From NCBI GenBank assembly GCA_041659405.1, contig JBAZYK010000008.1, positions 30,001-62,000 of the forward strand: a stretch of DNA of 32,000 bases. The letters run 5' to 3'. Positions 26,701-32,000 of this stretch are shown piece after piece. The notes under the pieces are model-generated. The model ran no database searches. It was not told where the DNA came from and saw only the letters and a list, made by a program, of their open reading frames with translations. The first letter of the stretch is position 1; the number at the start of each line of letters is the position of its first letter. The position numbers and the translations under genes are program-made. This DNA is from Candidatus Altimarinota bacterium (GTDB lineage Bacteria > Patescibacteriota > Gracilibacteria > UBA1369).

Positions 26701-27253
26701 CCTTTTGTTCGTCCAGTTGAGGATGATCCTGCAATTCCAAATAAAAATTCTCTACGCCAAAAATATCCTGATAACTGCGAATAACTTCAATTTGCTTTGC
26801 CTCGTTATCGTTCAAAACAGCCTGGGCAACCTCACCGGCCAGACACGAACTTAAGGCAATCAGACCTTTACTATGGGCTTTCATTAAGCCATGATCCATT
26901 CTTGGCTTGTAATAAAAACCTTCCAAATGTGCCTTGGAAACAAGCTCCATTAAGTTTTTATAACCCTCAAAATTTTGCGCTAACAAAATAAGATGGAACG
27001 GTTTGCTTTCGGTTCTTGGAGCCCGATCAAAACGTGACCCCGGCGCAACATAAACCTCACAACCAATAATTGGCTTAATGCCTTCAGCTTTTGCCGCTTT
27101 ATAAAACTCAATTGCGCCATATAAAACCCCATGATCAGTCATGGCCACAGCCGGAAAGCCCAGCTCCTTAGCCCTTTGGACGATTTTTTTAGGAGTCCCC
27201 AGTCCATCAAGCAGACTGTAATGAGAATGAACGTGAAGAGGTACGTAAGCCAT
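23702..27253 (-). CDS. dnaE: DNA polymerase III alpha subunit
   Basis: PHP domain (VPLHVHSHYSLLDG), then palm/fingers (GPGRGSAAGS, PDIDIDF), HhH and OB regions. The ORF track starts at a TTG at 27283; the first ATG (MAYVPLHVH) is at 27253. Confidence 0.95.
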   Translation of the reverse strand: MAYVPLHVHSHYSLLDGLGTPKKIVQRAKELGFPAVAMTDHGVLYGAIEFYKAAKAEGIKPIIGCEVYVAPGSRFDRAPRTESKPFHLILLAQNFEGYKNLMELVSKAHLEGFYYKPRMDHGLMKAHSKGLIALSSCLAGEVAQAVLNDNEAKQIEVIRSYQDIFGVENFYLELQDHPQLDEQKVLNDRLIELSKITGAPLVATQDSHYVKKGDALAQDILLCIQTQTTLEVENRMKFDGDFSMQSEEEMRRVFAHVPEAIDNTAKIAERCDLTIELGASLIPIFKKPGNETSESYLRKLCEEGLKKKFGDPTPEKAIAQLNYELGIVHKMGFDDYFLIVWDFVRFAKDQGITVGPGRGSAAGSLITYTLNITQLDPLKYGLIFERFLNPERVSMPDIDIDFADTRRDEVLAYVTEKYGKDCVAQIITFGTMAAKAAVRDVGRAMGYPYAEVDRISKLIPMPILGKHSPLKVSVEESSELSAVYRSEPRTKALLDNAIQLEGTVRHAGTHASAVVMSELPLINYCPVQRSTGGGEEVITQYSMKPIEEIGLLKMDFLGLKNLSIIQRTLQLIKFRHDIDFVLETIPMDDAASFDLLQKGDTTGVFQLESPGMRRYIRELKPTRFEDIIAMISLYRPGPMEWIPQYIKGKHDPSSIRYFHPSFEKILNETNGVAIYQEQILQIARDFAGFSLGEADLLRKAVGKKILALLNEQKEKFVKGAIGQGHGEKFAKEVFEKVIEPFAGYGFNKAHAACYAMISYQTAYLKSHYPIEFMAALLSSDYDNTERVVLEMNECNEMGIAVLPPSINDSFANFTVVDEKTIRFGLTAIKGLGEGVILDLIEVRKGGKFTTIEEFLKRAPAKLINKKTIEALAYSGALDELGDRKSLAEGFEAMSKFSKFAHEVSAQGQTDIFGMMEEVQESSTQTFTLKKAAPTSLMERLSWEKKYMGLFVSGHPLRGLKKYLSKKVNIIDSLAKKHVGKLVKIGGIITKAKKVFTKSGAYMVYGEVEDPTGRIEFVVFPKVYQLYGELIKEDQLLIMEGRLDLRRDSLQFSVNTAKAVSLDSMIRNAQELNMYDPKEKMSRKQKTLTPDPVAVEDPLMEEPVTHAPDESSAAQNLEPWQEDPFCVTIPPHFQLKKMEDLKQLLLRYPGERKVEILLGQKRLKLPFGINLSDELKLELNVMLS

Positions 27254-27301
27254 GAAAAGTTCAAAATAAAAATTTTTCCACAAATTTTAAATTCCCTGCG
27301 C

Positions 27302-27310
27302 ATTTTAACA
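27302..27310 (-). promoter_or_regulatory. candidate extended -10 promoter (TGtTAAAAT) for dnaE-aspS
   Basis: The minus strand reads tgttaaaat, 48 nt upstream of the ATG at 27253. Confidence 0.4.
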
Positions 27311-27331
27311 CAAAAAATTAAAAAAGCATGA

Positions 27332-27425
27332 GCGGAGGGAAGTTTGAGCAAATTGAGGATTTTTGAACTTACGGGTCTCGCGGGCCCCGAAGTGAAAAAA
27401 TCCGAATAGTGCGAAAACTTTCCGC
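27332..27425. other. orphan 94-nt imperfect hairpin between the tRNA-Leu terminator and the dnaE promoter
   Basis: The arm gcggagggaagtttgagcaaattgaggatttttgaacttacggg is roughly three-quarters complementary (by eye) to ccccgaagtgaaaaaatccgaatagtgcgaaaactttccgc. The GC-rich apex is gggtctcgcgggccc. Confidence 0.6.
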
Positions 27426-27455
27426 AGCGAATACATTGCCCTTTTCGAAAATATT

Positions 27456-27481
27456 AAAAACCTTTTAGGGAAAAGGTTTTT
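27456..27481 (-). terminator. rho-independent terminator after tRNA-Leu
   Basis: AAAACCTTTT-aggg-AAAAGGTTTT: a 10-bp stem with A/T runs on both sides, 6 nt downstream of the tRNA 3' end. Confidence 0.65.
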
Positions 27482-27486
27482 AAATT

Positions 27487-27571
27487 TGGTGCCGGGGAGA
27501 GGACTCGAACCTCCACGCCTTGTGGGCGTCAGCTCCTAAGGCTGATGCGTCTGCCATTTCGCCACCCCGGC
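27487..27571 (-). tRNA. tRNA-Leu (anticodon TAG), long variable arm, CCA encoded
   Basis: The reverse complement gccggggtggcgaaatggcagacgcatcagccttaggagctgacgcccacaaggcgtggaggttcgagtcctctccccggcacca has anticodon loop cTTAGGa, a class II variable arm (cgcc-caca-aggcg) and T-loop TTCGAGT. Confidence 0.92.
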
Positions 27572-27644
27572 CTTTTCACACTGGCCCATATTAGCAAACT
27601 TTCCCCCAAGGTAAAAAGGGATAATTTCAATCCAAAGCTAATAG

Positions 27645-27673
27645 CTTGACAAACCAAAAGTTAAGTTGTAATA
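27645..27673 (+). promoter_or_regulatory. candidate promoter TTGACA-N17-TAATAT upstream of the sigma-r4/HARE-HTH gene
   Basis: ttgaca aaccaaaagttaagttg taatat. This predicts a leader of ~150 nt to the ATG at 27828. Confidence 0.55.
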
Positions 27674-27827
27674 TAAATACCTTTTCTTGCGAGAGAAGTG
27701 TAAAGCTACAAGCTTGCGTGAAGATCAAATTTCTTTCTTGACACTATCATTCTTTACGCCTAAGCTCATACTATCTGCACAGGAAATCTTAAACCAAAAT
27801 TCTTCTAAAATCTTTAACTGCGAACCC

Positions 27828-28955
27828 ATGGATAACCAATTTTCTCAAAACTCTTTCACTTCTGGCACTGGTTCTACCGCTGCCACTCCCCAAAAACCGA
27901 TTGGAAAGCTTGATTTAAGTGAAATTATTGAGGATATGTTCCTGGTTCTAACGAACAAGGAAAAAGACGTTATCGTTAAAAGATTCAGTCTGGACAGCAA
28001 ACCTAAGCAAACTCTAGAGAAAATCGGCCAATCTTTCTCTGTTACACGTGAAAGAATCCGCCAGATCGAGAAAATCGCGTTAAATAAATTACGCCGCACC
28101 GTTGATAACACTAAACTCAGCATTATCAATAAACTTGCCAAGGAAACTCTTACAACCCATGGTGGTATTTTGCTTGAGAACAAGTTGGTAGCGGAAATTT
28201 TAAACAATATTATCAGCACACAGGAAGTTGATGCAAATATCATTAAATTGGCACTCAACATCAATCCTGAAATCACCAAGATGGAAAAAACTAATACCTA
28301 CAAGCCATTTTGGCACATGTTGAGTATCAGCATGGACGACATTAAATTGATTATCGAAACAGGTATCACTATTTTGAATAAAAAAGGTGATGTTATTATC
28401 GATGAAAAACTTGCAGTGGAAGTAGTGGTTGCCATAGAAGAAAAAGGCAAAAAGTTTGTAAATCCAATGATTCTTTCCGGTCTTGAAGTGGATAAGCGCG
28501 TTAAACGTATTAAAGAAGGCTTTGGCTTGATTATGTGGAGACACATCAACCCACGCAGTATTCGTGATAAAGCTTACATCGTTCTTAAAAAAGGCGGCAA
28601 TCCATTGCATTTCGTTGAAATTGCCAATAAGATCGCCGAATCCGGCTTCGATAAAAAAGTAGTAACCACACAAGCCGTTCACAATGAATTGATTCGTTAC
28701 GAACAATTCGTTTTGGTTGGAAGAGGCCTTTACGCTCTTAAAGAATGGGGCTACAAAAAGGGAACAGTTGCTGATGTAATTGAAAACCTTCTTCACAAAA
28801 AGAGCCCAATGACCAAACAGGAAATCATTCAGGGAGTTCTTAAACAACGTCAGGTTAAGAAGGGGACTATCTCACTCAACCTTCAAAAGAACGCTCAATT
28901 TGTTCGTGTTGGTCGTGCGGTTTATAAGCTTGATGAATCAAAGAAGGTTGCTTAA
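27828..28955 (+). CDS. DNA-binding protein: sigma-70 region 4-like HTH plus two C-terminal HARE-HTH domains
   Basis: LTNKEKDVIVKRFSL...QTLEKIGQSFSVTRERIRQIEKIALNKLRR is a region 4.2-type HTH. AYIVLKKGGNPLHFVEIANKIA...QFVLVGRGLYALKEW and VADVIENLLHKKSPMTKQEII...QFVRVGRAVYKL fit the HARE-HTH pattern of the RpoE delta N-domain. No region 2 (-10 recognition) is seen. The ORF track starts at a TTG at 27687; the first ATG is at 27828. Confidence 0.75.
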   Translation: MDNQFSQNSFTSGTGSTAATPQKPIGKLDLSEIIEDMFLVLTNKEKDVIVKRFSLDSKPKQTLEKIGQSFSVTRERIRQIEKIALNKLRRTVDNTKLSIINKLAKETLTTHGGILLENKLVAEILNNIISTQEVDANIIKLALNINPEITKMEKTNTYKPFWHMLSISMDDIKLIIETGITILNKKGDVIIDEKLAVEVVVAIEEKGKKFVNPMILSGLEVDKRVKRIKEGFGLIMWRHINPRSIRDKAYIVLKKGGNPLHFVEIANKIAESGFDKKVVTTQAVHNELIRYEQFVLVGRGLYALKEWGYKKGTVADVIENLLHKKSPMTKQEIIQGVLKQRQVKKGTISLNLQKNAQFVRVGRAVYKLDESKKVA

Positions 28956-28998
28956 TTCCCAAGTTTAAATTCAACATTAAAAATTAAAACACTAGATC

Positions 28999-29319
28999 AT
29001 GGCTGATCAATGCATTTTTTGCAAAATAATTTCCAAAGAAATACCTTCAAAGATGGAACATGAAGATGATCTTTGTGTTGCCTTTCATGATATTCATCCC
29101 CGGTCGCGGGTTCACCTTTTGGTTTTGCCAAAAAGGCACATGGAAACTCTTAAAGATATGGAAATAGCGGACGAGAAAACCCTGGGACGCATGATGAAAG
29201 TGGCAAGTGACCTGGCCAAAAAGTTCAAGCTGGAAGATTACAAACTTTTAATGAGTGTAGGCAAAAAAGCCGGACAGGAAATTTTTCATGCCCACCTTCA
29301 CGTAATGAGTGTTGATTAA
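28999..29319 (+). CDS. HIT-family (histidine triad) nucleotide hydrolase
   Basis: CIFCKII N-terminus, HPRSRVHLLVLPKRH, and the histidine triad HAHLHVM. Confidence 0.9.
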   Translation: MADQCIFCKIISKEIPSKMEHEDDLCVAFHDIHPRSRVHLLVLPKRHMETLKDMEIADEKTLGRMMKVASDLAKKFKLEDYKLLMSVGKKAGQEIFHAHLHVMSVD

Positions 29320-29342
29320 TTTAGCGGGCGAATGCGCTAAAT
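29319..29342. terminator. stem-loop spanning both stop codons of the convergent HIT and nadC genes
   Basis: ATTTAGCG-ggcgaatg-CGCTAAAT: an 8-bp stem that fills the 22-nt gap. No U-tract. Confidence 0.35.
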
Positions 29343-30301
29343 CAAGCCTGGAATTCCAAAGAAATATCCAGCGCTTTTGCCGAATGTGTAAGCATCCCGA
29401 GCGAAATTATGTCCACTCCACTCGCCGCATACGTCTTTAAATTTTCGAAATTAATTCCACCCGAAGCCTCAAAAAAGATGTTCTTTTGCCAGCCCATTTT
29501 TTTACATTGATTGATAATCATTTTAATTTCGGTAACTTTCATATTATCAAGCATGATATAAAGCGGCTGAAAGCCTTTTGGCGCCTGCTCAAAATAATAT
29601 TGCGCAACTTTTAACGCATCGTTTTTGGAAGTCACTTCAATCTCCACAAAATTTCCTAACTGCTCTTTTGAACTTTCAAAAATTTTATCCAAAATTGCCG
29701 CAAAATTATTTTCAAAAAGTGCCACGTGATTATCCTTAATTAAAACCGCATCACTTAGAGAAAGTCTATGTGTCCCGCCTCCACCAACCATGCAAGCCTT
29801 TTTATCAAACAGTGGCCATAAAGTTTTTCGCGTTGGGGTAATCAAAACCTTGCTCGCGCTTAAACTGCAGGCCTTGGCAGTAGCAGTTGCGACCCCGGAC
29901 ATCCTTTGCAGAAAATTTAAAATTGTTCTTTCCAGTAACAAAATATCCTGCGCGGAACCTTTCAAACTTCCAAATTCCTGGCCTTTGGTAAGTCTTTCGG
30001 CATCGCGCACTTTAAAATTAACAGAAACCTCACCTAATTTAATACTTGCAAGCTTCTCAACATGATTCAAAAAAAACTCTATCTCTTCAATGCCGGCAAC
30101 AACGCCATCACTTTTTGCCAAGAAAAAAGCCTCAATTTTCCTTTCAGGATCAGGTAAAAGCCGGCTGGTTATATCGCCTTTATTTCTAACATCCAGACGC
30201 AAATTATTTTCAAAAAAATCCAGGACATGTTGCCTGTATTCTTGATTATTAATGCGCAAATATTTTTCCAAACAATGCGTTTTTCTAATGATGTTTATCA
30301 T
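29342..30301 (-). CDS. nadC: nicotinate-nucleotide pyrophosphorylase [carboxylating] (QPRTase family)
   Basis: QPRTase signature TRKTLWPLFDKKACMVGGGGTHRLSLSDAVLIKDNH and C-terminal EASGGINFENLKTYAASGVDIISLGMLTHSAKALDISLE. A ModD-like paralog cannot be excluded by eye. Confidence 0.8.
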   Translation of the reverse strand: MINIIRKTHCLEKYLRINNQEYRQHVLDFFENNLRLDVRNKGDITSRLLPDPERKIEAFFLAKSDGVVAGIEEIEFFLNHVEKLASIKLGEVSVNFKVRDAERLTKGQEFGSLKGSAQDILLLERTILNFLQRMSGVATATAKACSLSASKVLITPTRKTLWPLFDKKACMVGGGGTHRLSLSDAVLIKDNHVALFENNFAAILDKIFESSKEQLGNFVEIEVTSKNDALKVAQYYFEQAPKGFQPLYIMLDNMKVTEIKMIINQCKKMGWQKNIFFEASGGINFENLKTYAASGVDIISLGMLTHSAKALDISLEFQA

Positions 30302-30822
30302 TAAATGGAAATATTTTTAACAAATTTCAACCACCAACCTTTGAGTGTTTCTACGGTTGCATAAGCCAAATGTTCCAAAATTTCTTTTAATTCCCTGATT
30401 TTAGTTACGACTCCGTTAAGTGAATAAGGTGAAAATCCTTTTGGATCTCTCATGATTTTTTTTGCCTCTTTTTCTAAAACCTTGATCTGCTTTTCAATTT
30501 CATGCGCGATTTGTCCGCGCATCGCCTCAATTGTTGGGATCTTGATCGGCTTAATTGCTGTTTGAGTAGTCTGAGCCGCTCCTCCGGAAAACTTGGTAGC
30601 AGGTCCGACACTTTTCTTTTCCGAAACCTGTTCACTTACTTTTTCGTTTGAAGCTTCCACATTTTCGACAACTTCGCCCACGCCTTCCATAAATCTGGTG
30701 GAAGTTTGTTGAACCTCTTTGGATAACTGCTGTTTTTCAGCCTTTTGCTCCTGGGGCTTTTCCCGTTGAGCTTCAGGTGCGTGAACGATTTGTTCCTTGT
30801 TGTTTCCTGGATTATTCGCCAT
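30301..30822 (-). CDS. hypothetical protein with a disordered N-terminal half and a helical C-terminal half
   Basis: ATG start; 173 aa. The Q/E/K-rich N-terminal half is followed by amphipathic helices (IAHEIEKQIKVLEKEAKKI, IRELKEILEHLAYATVETLKGWW). Its stop overlaps the nadC start (TAATG). Confidence 0.65.
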   Translation of the reverse strand: MANNPGNNKEQIVHAPEAQREKPQEQKAEKQQLSKEVQQTSTRFMEGVGEVVENVEASNEKVSEQVSEKKSVGPATKFSGGAAQTTQTAIKPIKIPTIEAMRGQIAHEIEKQIKVLEKEAKKIMRDPKGFSPYSLNGVVTKIRELKEILEHLAYATVETLKGWWLKFVKNISI

Positions 30823-30844
30823 AAAATTAGTTTTATACTTTACC

Positions 30845-30853
30845 TATATAACA
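30845..30853 (-). promoter_or_regulatory. candidate extended -10 promoter (TGtTATATA) for the hypothetical-nadC pair
   Basis: The minus strand reads tgttatata, 22 nt upstream of the ATG at 30822. Confidence 0.3.
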
Positions 30854-31018
30854 CAGAATTCGTGAATAAATTACATAATTATACATGATATTTGCCCGTT
30901 TTGTCAATTGCGCTAAGCGCTATTTCATTCGCTTCTCCGCTCAAAATAACATAAAATGTCAGGGGCATTTATCCTGCACGTATCTACATAATATAAACTT
31001 TACGTCACAAATTCAACT

Positions 31019-32000
31019 ATGAAACAAATCGAAAAAACATACGAGGCCAAAAATTTTGAAGATAACATCTATCAACAATGGGAAAAATCCGGGCTTTTTA
31101 CTCCAAAAATCGTTACAGGGAAGAAGCCTTTTACGATTTCGATGCCACCTCCAAATGCCACCGGCACACTCCATTTGGGACATGCAATTATGCTTGCGGT
31201 TGAAGATATTCTGGTTCGTTATAAAAGAATGCAGGGGTTTCCAACTTTGTGGGTTCCGGGCACCGACCATGCCGGTATTGCAACTCAGAACAAAGTTGAA
31301 AAAATCATTGCCGAAGAAGGACTGACCCGCCACAGTCTTGGGCGCGAGGCGTTTCTTAAACGCGTTCATGAATTTGTGGCAGGTTCACAATCAACCATCC
31401 GCAAACAAATGCGAAAAATGGGCACAAGCTGCGATTGGACCAGAGAAAGATATACGCTTGATGATGGGCTTTCCAAAGCTGTTAGAGAAATTTTTACCCG
31501 CATGTATAATGATGGTTTGATTTACCGCGGAAAGCGCATTGTAAACTGGTGCGTACGTTGCAGTTCCACGCTTGCGGACGATGAAGTTAATTTCAAAGAG
31601 GAAAAGAGCAAATTTTATTATTTCAAATACGGTCCGGTTGTTATTGGTACGGCCCGTCCGGAAACCAAATTTTTGGATAAGGTCATAGTTGCGCATCCAG
31701 ATGACAAAAGATACAAAAAATATTTCGATAAAGAAATGACAGTTCCTTGGATTAAAGGTGATATTAAAGCCCAATTTATTGCTGATAAAAGCGCAGACCA
31801 GGAATTCGGAACAGGAGCCATGACCATCACACCAGCCCACGATTTTATTGATTTTGAGATTGCCCAAAAACACAAACTGGAAATCGTTCAGATCATTGAT
31901 CAAAACGGCAATTTTACCGACGTGGTGGGTCCTGAATTTGCCGGAAAAAATGCCCGGGATTCAAGAGAAGCAATTGTTAAAATACTTGCGGAAAAAGGCC
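31019..32000 (+). CDS. valS: valine--tRNA ligase, 5' part (continues beyond the window)
   Basis: Absent from the ORF track because no stop is reached. My translation from the ATG at 31019 reads MKQIEKTYEAKNFEDNIYQQWEKSGLF...ISMPPPNATGTLHLGHA (HIGH motif)...LWVPGTDHAGIATQ...CDWTRERYTLD...IYRGKRIVNWC...TITPAHDFIDFEI. The minus-strand track ORFs here are antisense shadows. Confidence 0.93.
   Translation, partial: MKQIEKTYEAKNFEDNIYQQWEKSGLFTPKIVTGKKPFTISMPPPNATGTLHLGHAIMLAVEDILVRYKRMQGFPTLWVPGTDHAGIATQNKVEKIIAEEGLTRHSLGREAFLKRVHEFVAGSQSTIRKQMRKMGTSCDWTRERYTLDDGLSKAVREIFTRMYNDGLIYRGKRIVNWCVRCSSTLADDEVNFKEEKSKFYYFKYGPVVIGTARPETKFLDKVIVAHPDDKRYKKYFDKEMTVPWIKGDIKAQFIADKSADQEFGTGAMTITPAHDFIDFEIAQKHKLEIVQIIDQNGNFTDVVGPEFAGKNARDSREAIVKILAEKG

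Noticed and set aside
27332-27425. The 94-nt hairpin as SRP (4.5S) RNA or 6S RNA
   Set aside because: On neither strand does it have the conserved SRP helix 8 features (a GGAA/GNRA tetraloop closed by C-G, the AGCA symmetric loop). It is too short and lacks the central bubble expected of 6S RNA.
1215-28847. Many 60-215 aa track ORFs nested inside or antisense to the large genes, e.g. 1215-1457, 2062-2442, 3626-4060, 6555-6905, 9030-9320, 10434-10778, 14849-15106, 18389-18745, 21130-21612, 23236-23646, 26301-26576, 27845-28279 and 28200-28847
   Set aside because: They are shadow ORFs opposite confidently identified genes. Their composition is low-complexity or biased, and none shows a recognisable motif.
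31013-31903. Minus-strand ORFs 31013-31369 and 31391-31903, and plus-strand ORFs 31056-31325 and 31338-31520
   Set aside because: They are antisense or out of frame relative to a clear valS reading frame starting at 31019, with the HIGH motif and ValRS N-terminal homology evident by eye.
1-32000. Alternative genetic code (UGA recoding, as in some candidate phyla), CRISPR arrays, IS elements or prophage content
   Set aside because: All large genes are intact under the standard code, with TAA, TAG and TGA all used as stops. I saw no short spaced direct-repeat array. No transposase, integrase or phage structural gene is recognisable.

Overview
AT-rich, gene-dense chromosomal segment made up mostly of housekeeping genes, most on the minus strand: infB, rmuC, rpsA (four S1 domains), clpC, ruvB, tRNA-Arg(TCT), tsaE, aspS, dnaE, tRNA-Leu(TAG), a HIT hydrolase, nadC and the 5' part of valS. 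valS runs off the window end and is missing from the ORF track. Between them are envelope and cell-wall proteins: an M23 peptidase with a Thr/Ser-rich linker and three SLH domains, a secreted 3D-domain protein with three PG_binding_1 repeats, a lipoprotein, and a bPH membrane protein. There is also a VirD4/TraD-like P-loop ATPase, an 885-aa protein with an SGNH/GDSL hydrolase domain, and a protein joining sigma-70 region 4 to two HARE-HTH domains. Tiny intergenic gaps, no Shine-Dalgarno motifs, a reduced S1 and SLH anchoring suggest a small-genome Patescibacteria/CPR-like bacterium using the standard genetic code; this is inference. I see no CRISPR array, IS, integrase or prophage genes. The most unusual signal is a pair of about 190-200 nt hairpin-structured elements at 17190-17379 and 19140-19338. 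They share an 81-nt identical core containing a 26-bp perfect palindrome, sit in direct orientation around the cell-wall hydrolase gene, and lie next to the VirD4-like ATPase gene. A solo arm fragment and phased A-tracts lie nearby. I do not recognise the element as a known RNA or repeat family. Other points worth a second look are an orphan 94-nt hairpin upstream of dnaE, recurrent extended -10 promoters, and several multidomain or orphan proteins. All domain calls come from motifs read by eye in the supplied translations; no database search was run.
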